DNA from: Amoebidium appalachense | Lineage: Eukaryota > Protista > Ichthyosporea | Length of the DNA: 64,000 nucleotides | Direction: 5' to 3' | Assembly: GCA_963693365.1 (NCBI GenBank) | Contig: CAVNZM010000013.1 | Span: 8,122,940 to 8,186,939, forward strand | Shown here: positions 15,775 through 29,907 of the stretch, piece after piece | Layout of the letters: every line of letters starts with the position of its first letter | Numbering within the stretch: the first letter of the stretch is position 1 | The notes under the pieces: generated by a model | Told to the model about the DNA's origin: nothing | Database searches by the model: none | Seen by the model: only the letters and a program-made list of their open reading frames with translations | Position numbers and translations under genes: made by a program

Positions 15775-18700
15775 TCAGTCACGAAGACTGAGTGAATCAC
15801 GGTGCTGCTCGTGGGAGGGCCCGGGCAGGGGCTTGGTGAAGATGTCAGCCACGTTGTCTTTGCTGGACACGTAGGTGACGACCACATCCCCACTCTTGAT
15901 GTAGTCCTTCGTGTTGTGGTACCGGACTGCAATGTGTTTGGTCCGGTGCTTGATGCTATTGGTGTGCAGGAGGGCAATGGTGGACTGGTTGTCACAGTAG
16001 ACGGGGGTGGGGTCGGTCATCGGGTAGCCGAGTTCACGGTCCGGGAGGAGATCACGGTGCCAGATGACGTTTTGAACAGCAGCATTGATGGCCAGAAGCT
16101 CAGCCTCGGTGGTGGATGTTGCCGTGATGGACTGCAGCTTCGAATACCATGTGATGGGTATGCCCTTGAAGAAGATGACGTATCCGGTGGTTGAACGACG
16201 GGTGTTGGGGCAGTTGGCAAAGTCAGCATCAGAATAACACTCCAGCAAGGGGGTGTTGTCGTCGGATGCAGACTTGTCGTAGTGAAGGCCGAGGTTGGAA
16301 GTGCCGATGAGGTACCGAACTACACGGAGTAGACATTCCCATGCAAGTTTGGCGGGGTTGGCACTGAATCTACCGAGGTAGCCGATGGCAAAGGAGATGT
16401 CGGGCCGGGAACAACGAGCAACCCACAAAAGACGGCCGAGTAGTTCACGGTAGGGAACCTTGATGGGTGGTGAGTCGTTCTCGTTGATGGTGATGACGGT
16501 GCCGACGGGAATGGGAGTAGCCTTGGGGTGAGCATCGTTGAGGTTGAAGTCTCTGACGATGTCGTTGATGTAGGATTGTTGAAGCAGCTTGAGGTGACCG
16601 GGGGTGTGGATGAGCTGGGTGCCAAGGAAGATGTCGGGAAGGTCAACCTTGCAGAGAGCTGACTTCATGATGTGGTCTACTAGATCCTTGGTGTGGGAAG
16701 AGTTGGCCGTGCAGATGATGATGACGTCGTCCACATAGTTGCCGGTGAGGATGATGTCACCGTTGGGGAAGGTCTTGATGTAGACACATGGATCTGAACG
16801 GAGACGTTCGAGACCGTGAGCAAGGAGGACCTTGTCGAAGTACTCATACCATGCCAGTGATGCTTGCTTGAGGCCGTAGAGTGCCTTCTTAAGTTTCCAG
16901 ACCTTGTGCTCGTTGCCGGGGGTGATGAAGCCAGGACGGTGGCTCAATGTAGATGTCTTCTTGAAGAGGACTGTTGAGGAGGGCAGTTGAGACGTCGAGT
17001 TGATGAATCTCATGGTTGCCGTCCACACCGATGGCAAGGAGGGCACGGACGGAGGAGGACATCACCACGGGGGAAGAGGTTGTAAACAGTTGGACTAGTT
17101 AGGATAAGGCAGAGTACAACTGAATCAAAATAAAGACAGAGAACGGGTAGAAAGGCACACGCGGCCAGGTTGCTTTTACTATGGGCCGACTCAGTCTGTC
17201 TCAGACTTCACTGATGTGATCCCCGTACTGGGACGGCTTTCTTATATAACCCCCAGGTTTTGGATCAAGGCCCAGGATTGGTTCATCCGCGGCCAGCGCG
17301 GGTGGCAACATGCCATTCGTGATTCTGGTGCGGTCCGTGCCAGTCAGACCTTCGTCCTATTTAAGCTGTAAAAACATCTTATTGGTTCACTTCGTTGATG
17401 TGGTATGCAGCGGTAGAACCATATATGGTTCATTTCTTAGGTAAGATTGATTCCTATTGGTGCGGACATAATATTTATGTGATATTCGTTACAAAGCACG
17501 AATCGTGTGCTAGTACATCACATTCTTTAGTAAACATATACAGTTCATGTGTACAGTTGTTTACACTCCCCCCCTTGTCGGGAGCCTGGTGGTGTCGTTA
17601 GACAAGCAAACCACCAGGCTGAGAGGCGATAAACAACCATCAGCGAGATTTTGTGTGCGCCGAGCTGCTGAACAGAACAGAGCAAGGACGGTGGAATAGT
17701 GTTGTGCACGTCTATGAGCACTTCTTCATTTGCCAAAACACAAATTCATGCAGCATTCTTCTGTGTTTTCATTTTCGTGGCGAAGATTGTTGCAGAGTGT
17801 GCGTGCGAATTGTTCGCTTCGTCTCTGTGCTTGGCTTTTTCTGTAGAAGTAATATTTTCCTTTTTGGGGAATTTTTCCTTTTTAGGACACTCCCGCAGAT
17901 TCGTTTTCAATTGCGAGTAATTTAGTTGTGTGGATGAATGATCATACCAAACATTCGATAATGAATATAACTCAAGCCTTAGGTCACTTCGTAGCTCAGG
18001 TAGTGGTGGATAGCTTCAAGGCTTAGCCACTGCTCCTTATCCCGGTTCTACCTTAAGACTGTAAGGCGAGTCACCATGGCCGGAAAAGCCACTTCTTTCA
18101 TGAACAAAGAGCACTTCTTTCCTTTCAGCTTTAACCCTGCATCATCGGAGCCGGGAATAACATGAATAAGAATGCCCTAAATGTTCTTCGTTGGGCGACA
18201 TAAAGAAATATATCAGCCCGTCAGAACCAGTAAAAACCCGGTTCATAATTCATAAGAAGAGGGTAGGCAAAGCAAGCCTTCTTCAGAAAACACATGCTTC
18301 CATTCGTGAGCAGTTTTCGTATCCCATTTGCCAGCCATTTTCGTTGAGCAGGGGGATTCCAGGCATAATACATTCTTCTGGAGGCTTGGCCTAAAAAGAA
18401 AAGTCGTCACAGTCGCCCTTTCTTTTGTAAGCAACTTCGTGAGCGCGCTTCGTGTTTTCATATCCTCCAGTGCAGGTCTGGATGGTGCCCCATCCTCTGC
18501 TTCATTTGTAGGTGGCCCTACTGTTGGTTCTGTTCATTGTGTGTACCAAAACCATTCGTATTCGTGGAACTGCTTTGTGCTGTGCTTTCTTTCGTGTTGG
18601 TGTTCATGGATTTACCCCGCACACACACCCTACTTCTCACATACTATCAGATGTAAGTAGCTGCCTGGTGAGTGTGTGGTTCGTGTTCGTTGGACCCTTC

Positions 18701-21700
18701 CGTTACTTCCTAAGAAGAGCATTTCGTTTTAGCAGAGGTACCCAATAAGGCAGCTTGTGGGGTTGTCTCCCGCCTGTGCCCATTGGTGGGGTCTGTACGT
18801 GCTATAGGGTTACAGTGTCATCGGGTTTTGCCGGGGAATAACACGGCCATCTCTGTACCAGGGCCAAGGTCACATGATGGTTCAATGTATTAAACAACAC
18901 CACCTTGCATTCTTATTCGTCCCGCAACCACACTTTCTTCACTAGTGACGGGGGGTATTCTTTATTCGAAAGGCTTCCAGCCAAAATACTGACACTGTAT
19001 GCTGGTGTTGTGGGGGAACGGTGCCCATACCACATTCTTTTATTCTGGTGGGGTTGTGCCGGCAGCAATTTTTATTTTTTTGCAAGGCTCGACAGTGTAA
19101 TTCATATGTTACAGTATTGCCACAGACTGGCAAGTACCATTAAATTCGTACCCCACACCTTCGTTTGTCTTTCACATGCACGAACAAAAGTTCTGCATCG
19201 ACTTTATTAACAACATGCCTTCTGTGCACCAAGAGTGCAAATTCGTTTGGGCATGGCACCAGTAAGGGTGACGTGAGGTACTTCGTATTGTTTAGGCATG
19301 CAGGCATACATTCGTGCGCATGTTGTGCATCCTGTGCGCTAAACTATGGGGCATGCTGTATTGGAGAACAGCAAGGGATTCGAAGCATGCATGCAACACT
19401 ACTTTCATAAGATCTTAGGTCCTACATGCTATAGCAACAGCGACTATCTTCTTTGTTAAGTGCATTTGTGCTGAAAGTGGCCGTGCATCTGAGTTGCGAG
19501 TGTGGACGTGCACGCAGTGGCATGGACACGATGACAGTGTGCAATAGCACAATGCACGCAAGAGCAACAGTTTCCTTTTCTTCGTAACATTGGGGCTGTG
19601 TGCATTGCAACCCAAGCAGTGTTGTGCATTCGTTCTTTTCATTTTCGTATTTTCTTTTCTCATTGCTTTCGTTTTTCGTTGCTAAAGTCGGTTCGTTATA
19701 ATTACTTCGTTTTTTCGTTGTGTATTCGTGTTTCGTTAGTTCGTATTTCTATATGCATTCGTTTTTCTTTGGTTCGTTATTTCGTTGTATCTTCGTGAAC
19801 AGTTCGTTTTTCGTTGGATCGTTTTTTCGTTTATAGTTCTTTATTGGTTAGTTCGTTGCTTCATTGTTTCGTAATGGATTGGGAAAGTTTTCTTTGTGCA
19901 AAGTTTTGTAGTTCTCGTTATTTAGTTATGAGTTCGTTTTTCCAACTTTCCGTACTTTCTGTGTCTTGTCAGTGGGCTGGCCACTTCAGACGTGTCGGCG
20001 GATATTCTAGATAAGTCATTGATCGGCCATGATGAGCGATGGAGAATCTTGAACGGATTGAAAGATGTGAGTTTCGCATTCGAAGGATGTGAGATTCTTG
20101 AAATGATTGAAAGATGTGTGAGATTCTTGTCTGCGCGGTCGCCAATGTAAACAGTTGGACTAGTTAGGATAAGGCAGAGTACAACTGAATCAAAATAAAG
20201 ACAGAGAACGGGTAGAAAGGCACACGCGGCCAGGTTGCTTTTACTATGGGCCGACTCAGTCTGTCTCAGACTTCACTGATGTGATCCCCGTACTGGGACG
20301 GCTTTCTTATATAGCCCCCAGGTTTCGGATCAAGGCCCAGGATTGGTTCATCCGCGGCCAGCGCGGGTGGCAACATGCCATTCGTGATTCTGGTGCGGTC
20401 CGAGCCAGTCAGACCTTCGTCCTATTTAAGCTGTAAAAACATCTTATTGGTTCACTTCGTTGATGTGGTATGCAGCGGTAGAACCATATATGGTTCATTT
20501 CTTAGGTAAGATTGATTCCTATTGGTGCGGACATAATATTTATGTGATATTCGTTACAAAGCACGAATCGTGTGCTAGTACATCACATTCTTTAGTAAAC
20601 ATATACAGTTCATGTGTACAGTTGTTTACAGAGGTGTCACCGTAGTCAACACCGTAGACTTGAGTGAAGCCCTTTGCAACACCACGAGCTTTGATCTTGG
20701 TGTCACCGGCTGAGTTGAGGACTTTCTCAGTCACAATCCACTTGAACTTGATGATGTTGGCACTAGGGGGGGATCAACAATGGTGAAGACATCCTTGGTG
20801 ATGAAGGCTTGGTACTCGGAGGTGAGGGCAGCTATGACGGCATCACCGTTGGGACCGTTGCAAAGCTTTTGAATGCCCTTGGGAAGCTGGTCAAGGTTGA
20901 TGGTCGGTGCTACGATGCTGACCAGTGCCGTTGGAGTCTTGGTGAGACGTGTAGACCGACGAAGGTTGGGCTTGGGGGGGTCCTTGAGGGGGGTGGTGGC
21001 CGGGTAGGTGGTGGAGGCCGGGATAGGGGCATGGAAGCCAGGAATAGGACCGGTGGTGAGGGGGGCATCGGTGTCCACAGGGCTGCTCGAGGCCGAGTGG
21101 AAGGTGGGGGACCCAGGACGAACCGGAGTCATGTAGCCGGGTTGATGTACAGCAACGGGGGGGGCCGGCAGCAAGGGTTGTTGGCCAGTGGGGGGGTGGC
21201 TCGGGGGAGGCACGGGTTCAACCGGGGCTGGTTGGTTGTGCCAGGACGGTTGGGAGATGACCACAGACGAAGTTTCATCGTCGTCGTCGGAGGGGGGGTC
21301 CAATGTCGGCAGATCGGGTTTGGGGGGAACGGAGACCTGATTGGTGACGGTGGAGAAGGCACGGTGGCCGAGACGGTTGTGCCAAAGGGTGAGGTCGTTG
21401 GTTGGTTGAGTCCTTGCTGTGTAGGCTTGGACTCTCGGGTGTTTAGGAGTCTCAATCACATAGTCAGTGATGTAGTAGAGACCGTCGAGGGGGGTGAGAT
21501 CTGAAATGATGTCACCATTACGGCTGTAGAGGAACGACGGGTGGTTGTCTGTATCGTCACAATGACCCAGGAGGCCGGCAGCTGAGGCCATGGAGGTAGA
21601 CACGAGGAAAGACGGTGCCTCGGGTACGTAGTAAGCATTGATGCTGCACTGTGTTGGGTGGCCGTTGTAGTGCAGTGTCATGTTGATGATGCCACGTTGT

Positions 21701-22857
21701 TTGGCATTGACTGTGCCGAGGCCGTGAATGGGGGTGGGAGGACACGGGGTAAGGGAGGAGAAATACTCCTTGATGGGGCAGATGTGTGCATTACAAGCAC
21801 TGTCCCAGACGGGGTCGTTACTGTCAGGTGTGCCGGTGGAGGAGATGAGTGCAAATTTCACACTCTTGTCGCCTTTCTCCTGCTTGGCACGACGAGCAAC
21901 AGTACAGCCAGGCTCCGGGCATGCTGTGATGTGGTGGGGCTCATGGCAGTAGGAACACTCCACCTTCTTGGTGTTGTGCTGTCGGTTACGGTTGTCCCTG
22001 TTACCACGGTGGTAAGGGGAAGTTGAACGGGGGCCGGGTGACTTGGAGGAAGGACGAGGATCACGGGAACGGGACGGGGATCGGTGAGGTGTATGCTCAC
22101 GTCGAGGAATACGGTTACGGAGGTCACCGGGGGGAAGCACTCTGCTCTGGAGTGCACGGAGGGGACGGTTGTTGACGGTTGCACCTGTGCCTGCGTCGAT
22201 GAGGCCGGCACGGATTTCAGCTCCTCGGATGTCACTGATGAGCATGTTGAAGGACGGGTAGGCCTTGTTGTTCATCCAGTAGTCGGAGCAGAGACGTTCA
22301 ATGTCGGAGCAGACCAGGGCCGTGTTCTTCCGGAGGTGGAGGAAGAACTTACGTACGACATCCTTGTGCTGGACGGGCTCGTCGAGGCAGGCAAGTGTCG
22401 TAGCCAGACGTTGGAGACGGGTGAGGTATGCTGTGACGTTGGGGTAGTCTCGTAGTTCAAGCTCCTCGAAGGTGACTTGGATATGGGTGACTCGGGCCTC
22501 CTTCTCTGCTACATACGCCATACGTAGGTTGTGGAAGACTTCACCACCGTGGACACCGTCTTGCATCCGGCCGGAGTCGTAGAGCTCGGTCGGGTGGACG
22601 GACTGGTTGAGGATCTGGTCGAGGACGTCGGAAGCTTTCTTGTAGGAGTCCTTGGTGGTGTAGCCTAGCCACTGGTTGGCTTCAGCGCCGTCAACCCACT
22701 GTGGCCTCTTGATAGCGTCAACGAATTTCTCGGCAATGGTTGTTCTAATGAACCGGTGAATGAGTGGCTCCCACTCGAAATAATTAAGACGTTTCTCGTC
22801 TCGTTTCTCGGACGGATTCCATATTGGAAGGTTGATATACGACGGTTTGTCAGTCAT
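15775..22857 (-). pseudogene. copia-1 gag-pol polyprotein, disrupted
   Basis: Gag with Zn knuckle CSYCHEPHHITAC, protease WDSAC, GAG-pre-integrase LWHNRLGH, RT (KARGVAKGF, LYGLKQA, YVDD) and RNase H (YSDADFA, ADIFTKPL). The integrase core is deleted, frameshifts occur near 20770 and 16940, and a 3.55-kb insertion splits RT. Confidence 0.93.
17081..20630 (-). mobile_element. Non-autonomous LTR retrotransposon, family X copy B, nested in copia-1 RT
   Basis: 485-bp LTRs at 20146-20630 and 17081-17565, TSD GAGGT, PBS and PPT as in copy A. The copia frame GVDYGDTS|SPVVMSSS rejoins when the element is removed. Confidence 0.95.
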
Positions 22858-23803
22858 GATTGAAGCAGTTAGACTGAGGAATTTCGCGGTTGTAACGAGA
22901 TTGTGTGTTAGCGTGCAAAGGGGCCGTAAACCTGTTATTTTGTGTGGGTAAACGGAGAAGCAGAGAGCACAGATGGGTGTTATGATATACACAACACAGA
23001 GACACACGGGAAAAACACAACCGGAGAGGAGGAACGACTTCTGGAACCATAGGAAATGAATACGACTGCTTATGATTTATTTCAAGATGAGGTCCCTTTT
23101 ATACTTGGGAATGTGAAACGATAAACCAATCAAAAGAACGAAAACTATGAGTGTAAAATATATCGATTAAAATGTCTGTCGACACATAGAATATAAAACT
23201 CAATCCTCTAATGAAAGAAACTTCTAATAAAAGCACGGAAACATTTAACAAAATGAAACCACTTATGTAACTATTAATTCATAACATACATTTATACATG
23301 TTCTTATCATAACACGTCTAAATATAATTATTCCTAATAGTTGAAGAACATAGCACAATGCTACGTCGTGGGAAAGGAATGAGAAAGGAATGTAAGTTAC
23401 TATATTTGGGAAAATACAAACGAGATATGATTGGATGACATATATAGATTTTGACACAAACGACAATACGTGTGCGCGAGCTAAGTATGTCGATACGTAC
23501 ACAGATCTAAGATGTCGTGTACACGGAAACGGAAAAGAAAGAAAGAAATGAAGAAAGGAAAAGGAAACAAACTACAACAACTAATAAATAAATACAAAAC
23601 TCAACTTCTAAGTCTTGCTGAGAATCAAGTGAAGATGACAGAAAGAGCGAGGGGGGGGAAAGCCGGAGAGAGAGTGTGTTTGGGGGGGGGGAGGGAGGGG
23701 GAGGGGAAGGAGAGGAGCCGGAGAGAGAGAGTGGGGAGAGAACGGAGAGAGAGAGGTGGAGGGAGGGGGAGAGAGAAAGAGAGAGAGGTAGAGAGGGGGG
23801 GGG

Positions 23804-23836
<33 letters not shown>

Positions 23837-25167
23837 GGGGGGGGGGGGGGGTGGGAGGGATCCGGAGGGTGGAAACTTTAGGAGGGAGGGCCGCTGAGGT
23901 AGGGAGATCATACGGTGGATATCCGAGGGAGAGAGAGGGAGGGGGGAGAAAAGGGAGATAGCGTGAAGGAAAGAGGGAGTGAGGGAGGGAGGTGCGAGGG
24001 AGGGAGGGAGGGAGAAGGAGGGAGAGAGAGGAAGGAGGGGCTGTGCCCAGGGGAATGGGGGTTGGGGGAGGGGGCGGAGTCATGGAGGGGGAGGGAGGGG
24101 TGCGGCGGGGGGGGAGGGCCAGGGAGGGGAGGATGGGAGGGGGGTGTTGGAATACGTCACCATATATGACAGCAAGAGCCTTGAAGTATGTATGTGTCCT
24201 AGCTTGTTTGTATTCGTGTCTGCTTTCCTCCTTTGTGCTCTCTCTCTCTCCCTCTCTCTCTCTCCCTCTCTCTCTCTCTCTCCCTCTCTCTCTCCCCCCC
24301 CCCCCCCCCCCCCCCCCCGTATCTCTCTCTCCCTTGTTTCTGTGGGCACAGATATCTGTAGATCTGTGCACACCTGGCTCTCTTGCCTGATAAGAACTTA
24401 TTGTGTTTTTATTTCTATTTGCTCTCCTCTGTTTATCTGAGAGGTAGCGTGATTGGCTAGCCTCACTCGTTGTCTTTCCTTTATTTCAAAATGGCCTAGT
24501 TTTGTTCTCAAAAGGATGGTTCGCCAATAGTCGCGAGCGAGTACATCTGTAGATTGTGTTGTGCATTCCTGTCTGTTAATATATGTGTGTTGTGATTGGA
24601 CAATAGATATATATGGAATTCGGTTTATTGCAAAGTGTCTTCACTTTGAGAGTGTCGACTGTTAGGAAATATATGTATTTAAATAAGTTTCTTTATAGAG
24701 ACGAACATAAATATATATGTGAGTTAATAGTGACTAGATGTATAATTACTTAATTTATTTAAGTAAGAGTTTCTACACTTTAGTTTAATCGGAAAGTTGG
24801 AATGCGTATGCTCTGTCGGAATGTGTTTTTCTATCTTCTGATAGAACCGATTGGTTCTCCCTCTTTAGTTGTGATAAGGTGATAAGTCGCAAGTACAAAA
24901 GGAACCGAGAGCACAATAAAGATTCAGTTGTTGTTTGAAATCTTTCAATGTCTCGTGAACAACTCCGATTGCCCTCTCATTAATGTGTTAGTCGTGTTTT
25001 ACATGACACCTCTGTGCACTCTGCTCCCTTAGACCCGTACAAAACAACAGGTTAAAGGCCCATTTTCGCACGCTCTCGCAACACATACTCTCGCTGCAAT
25101 CAAAAATATTCAAATTTGAATACCGATCTGATTCCTCTCTCACGCATCATCTGACTGATTGATCACC

Positions 25168-28100
25168 ATGTCGGAGAAACCTGCGTATCTCAACCTCACC
25201 CCCTGGAAAGGGGATGACACCACGGACAAGAAGTCCGGCAAACGTCTCACCTATTATGAGTGGGAACCCGTCATCTTCCGGTACCTACGTACCACCACCG
25301 CGGCCAAGTTAGTGCCCGTCATCAAGGCCCCCGAGTGGGTCGACCCTTCCGACGAGAATGAGTGGCACGGCTACGACACTGAGGAGGCCTACACCGAGGC
25401 TTCCAACCTCCTTGAACAGATGTTTACTCAACTCGTCTCCAATGATGAGCTGTATAACTCTGGTCAAATCCACGATGATGTGTCACCTGCCCAAGCTTTC
25501 CACAACCTCCGTATGACCTATGCGGCTGAACGTGAAGATCGTGCTCGTCAAATCCTCCTCGACTACCATGAGCTTGAACTCAAAGACTTCAAGACCGTCA
25601 CGGCCTACCTCACCATGGCACGCCGTCTGTGCACTACCCTGCACATCCTCGAAGAGCCCATTCCTCACAAGACTATGGTTGATAACTTCTTCATCCACCT
25701 CAAGAAGAACCGTAAGTTAGTTTGTACCGACATCCAGGCCATGATTGCTGACTACTTCCGTCGTACCATTAACTACGAGACCTACAACCGTCTAATCAGT
25801 GACATCAGAGCTGCAGAGATCCGTGAAGGTCTCATCGACTCTGGGTCCGGGTCCTCCTCCACCGTCCGAACAGCACGTGCCCTGCAAAGCCGTGTACTCA
25901 CCAAGGACGACCTCAGACACCGGATCCCCCGACGTGACAGCTCCGTCTCCCGTCACCCCCGCGGTCGTCCCACCGATCGATCCCCCTCAGTTGACCGTGA
26001 TTACTCACGGTCCCGTTCCCCCGGCTATCGTTCCCGGTCACCCTACCCCCCACGTAAAGGGGGTAACCGTCATTCCCAGCCACCCCGAGCCAAGACCACT
26101 GGCTCCCTCGACTGTGCCTACTGTCACGAAGACCATCATGTCACACAGTGTGACAAACCTGGCTGCTCAATTGCCCGTCGTCACCGTGCCAACACCAAGT
26201 CTGGAAAAGAGGTGCATTTTGCCCTCGTGTCCACCACGGCCTCCCTACCCATGGACCCCTGCTGGGACTCGGCTTCAAACGTCCACGTGTGCCCAGTAAA
26301 AGAGTACTTCTCTACTCTTGAGCCATGCCCCCCGACTGACGTCCACGGCCTCGGCATCGTCACTGCACATCACCGTGGTGTCATCAACCTGGCCGTCACC
26401 TACAACGGAGTAACATCAGTACTGAGCCTCAACACCCTCTATGTACCCGACTCCCCAGCCTTCCTGATATCACCCTCAATGGCCTCCAAGTCGGGTCTCC
26501 TTGCCCACCTCGATGATGAGGATGCATTCCCATCATACCTCTGCACTCGTGGTGGCAACATCGTGTGTTCCCTCACAGGCACAGATGGACTGTACTTCAT
26601 CACTGACTATGAGATACGTCCCTCCATCCCTCGGACCGTCACTGCTCTGGTAGCCAACGTCAAGGTCAACAATGATCCTCAGCTCTGGCACCACCGTCTC
26701 GGCCATCGTGCCCTGTCCACCCTCACCAAGATGGTGAGAGGTGACCTCGTGACAGGCCTCCCCTCATCCCTCTCAGTGGCTGACACCACTGACTGCTTCG
26801 GTTGTGTCTCCGGCAAGACCACCAAGGCCCCATTCTCCGGCACCAGAACCCAGTGCCCCTTCCCCGGTGCCAAGTGGCACATGGACTTCTTCGAGCCTCC
26901 CTGTGCCTCCTATGGTGGCTACAAGGTGGCCCTCGTGTGTACCTGTGATGCCTCCGGCTACACCATCGTGTACCTCCTCCGTGATCGATCCGAAACTCTC
27001 GAATACGTCAAGGCCCTGGTTGAGACTACTGACAAGCAACCCGACAAGGTGGTGACCCACTTCCGTTCAGACTCTGGGTCCGAGTTCACCTCCCACGCTA
27101 TGGAGCAGTACTGCCAGTCCAAGGGCATCACTCAGGAATTTGCCCCGGTTGACTGCCCCCAACTCAACGGCTTCGTTGGGGTTGACTGCCCCCAACTCAA
27201 CGGCTTCGTTGACGTAAGATGAGGGATCTGCAGGAGATCGTTCGGTGCTTCCTTCATCAGCCTGGGACAAGGCCGACTCCCTTTCCCCCAAACTGTGGGG
27301 AGCTGCTCTCAAGCATGCTGCCTACATCATCAACGTGACCCCGGCCAGAGCTGCCAATGGCCGTACACCGTTTGAAATTTTCTACGGTGTCAAGCCTGAC
27401 ATCTCCCACCTGCACGTGTTCGGCTGCCCAGCCTATGTACACGTCCCTGCATCCAAACGAGACAAGTTGGCCTCTACCGTCAAACTCGGCACCTACGTGG
27501 GCTGGGATATCACCAACAAAGCCCACAAGATCATGAATCTACGTGGCAACACGGTCAACCTCTACCGCGATGTCGTCTTCGACGAATCACAATTCACCAC
27601 GGCATCCAATCAGATTTCTGTGCAGGCCACCAATCAGACGACCTCAATCGATTCATCCCTGCATTCCGGAAATTCCAATTCCGATGACGATGAAATTCCG
27701 TCGGTGATTATCCGTCGTTCCCCCCGTCGTGTACCTGCCCCCGTGGCTCCACCCACCCCCCCCCCCCACCGGTCAGCAACCCCTGCTGCCGGCCCCTGCC
27801 GTCAATGACCACGTACCTGGTCATCTCACCCCGGTTCGTCCTGGGTCTCCGGAGTTCCACTCGGCCCCGTCCAGCCCCGTGTTATCCGACTCCCCCCTCA
27901 ACACGGCACCCATCCCTGGCTTCCAGGCCCCCATCCCCGACCACCGAGTGTCTGTCCCAGACAACCCCCCGGCCCCTGAGCCCCTCCGTACCGTTCCCCG
28001 TCGTTCCTCCCGTCTCTCCTCCCGGCCTGCTATGGCTATGGTGAGCATCTCCCGACCCAGCCTTGATGTGTCTCAGCTGCCCCGGTCAATTCAGAAGCTG

Positions 28101-29407
28101 TGCTCTGGCACCAAGGGTGATGAAGTGGTGACTGCCCTCACTGCCGAGTACAAGGCTTTCATCGACAAGGACATCTTCGACGTAGTTGAGCCCCCCTCCG
28201 ATGCCAACATCATCCGATTCAAGTGGATTGTCACGGAGAAGGTCCTCAACTCTGCTGGTGACACCAAGATCAAGGGTCGTGGTGTGGCCAAGGGTTTCAC
28301 CCAAGTCTACGGTGTTGACTACGGTGAAAACTCTTCCCCCGTCGTCATGTCCTCCTCCGTCCGTGCCCTGCTTGCCCTCGGTGTGCAACAGGACCACGAG
28401 ATCCATCAACTCGACATCAGCACGGCCTTCCTCAACAGCCCCCTCGACGAGACTTTGTACATGGAGCAACCTCCTGGTTTTATCCTCCCTGGCAATGAAC
28501 ACAAAGTCTGGAAACTCAAGAAGGCCATCTACGGACTCAAGCAGGCATCCCTGGCATGGTACGAGTTCTTCAACTCCATTCTCATTGCCCACGGCCTCAC
28601 CCGTCTCCGATCCGATCCGTGTGTCTACTTCCGTCAGTTCCCCAACGGGCACATCATCCGTTCGGGCAACTACGTTGATGATGCCATCATCACCTGCACA
28701 CGGAACTCAACCATCATGCAGGGGCTTGTTCGTCACATCACGAAGTCTGCCGAGTGCAAGGTCGGTCTGCCAGACATCTTCCTCGGCACCCAACTGCTGT
28801 ACACCCCTGACTCCCTCAAGCTGCTGCAGTCCTCCTACATCAAGGACATCATCACCGACTTCAACCTGGTCGATGCCAAGCCTAAGGCCACCCCTATTCC
28901 CGTGGGCACCATCATCAACGAGACCTCCCTCTCATCCCTGCCCACCACCGTCCCCTACCGTGAACTCCTCGGCCGTCTGCTGTGGGTTGCTCGGTGCTCC
29001 CGGCCTGACATCTCGTATGCCATTGGCTACCTCGGCCGATTCAGCTCCAAGCCCACCAAGACTGCCTGGGAGCTTCTCCTCCGTGTCGTTCGTTACCTGC
29101 TCGGCACCATCAACCTCGGCCTCTACTACAAGAAGAAGGCCCCCAACAGCAAGGTGCCCATCCTTGAGTGCTACTCGGATTCTGACTTTGCTGGTTGCCC
29201 CACCACCCGTCGTTCCACGTCTGGGTACGTCATCCTCCTCGAAGGCTCCCCCGTCACCTACCACTCCAAGCTGCAGACGATCACTGCAACTTCCACGTGT
29301 GAGGCCGAGCTCCTGGCCCTCAATGCTGCCGTGCAAGATGTTGTCTGGCACCGTGATCTACTAAAGGAGCTGGGCTACCCCATGACCGAGCCCACCCCCG
29401 TGTACTG
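25168..29407 (+). pseudogene. copia-2 gag-pol (gag, protease, integrase, RT, most of RNase H), frameshifted
   Basis: Motifs CAYCHEDHHVTQC, WDSASN, LWHHRLGH..CFGCVSGK, WHMD..RSDSGSEF, IYGLKQA, YVDD and YSDSDFA. Frameshifts near 27210 and 27770. Cut at PVYC by the DNA transposon. Confidence 0.93.
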
Positions 29408-29907
29408 CATCAGCAATCTTGTCGAATCCATCCATAAGCCATCTAAGACGTCAGCATCTAATCAAAGTCATCTACATCCCACCCTTTAACCCTATCTACC
29501 CCATATCCCATCGAAAAGATGTCAGGATATTTTCGGACCATTTAAAGACGACTTTCAAGTTATCATAAAGATGTCTGGATATTTCCTGACATCTTTATAT
29601 ACATTTTTCCTGACATCGTTTTCTACACCTAAACCTAACCACTACCCATCCGTAACCCCCCCCAATCCCCACCTTTTCTACCCCTAAAATATAGGTATCG
29701 TAAGATCCTGCACATCAAGACCCTTTTATGTCATCTTTAAGGCCACTTTAAAGAGCTTAAATAAGAAATTAAGGCAACAAACAGACATCTAAACGATATC
29801 GTTAAAGGGACATCATGTACATTACCTTATTGCAACGAGAGGTGATTTAGAGGTCTTCATGTTGACTTTTCTGCATCTAAAAAGGCACATAAGGAGAACT
29901 AAATGTG

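Larger units (their letters stand above)
14557..23640 (-). mobile_element. Ty1/copia LTR retrotransposon (copia-1), defective
   Basis: 708-bp near-identical LTRs at 22933-23640 and 14557-15264, TSD GAAAG, PPT GAGTGGGGA, PBS-like GGTTTACGGCCC. Interrupted by family X copy B. Confidence 0.95.

Noticed and set aside
28186-29364. 392-aa alternative-frame ORF in copia-2
   Set aside because: Ser/Pro/Thr-rich off-frame product of C-rich codon usage.
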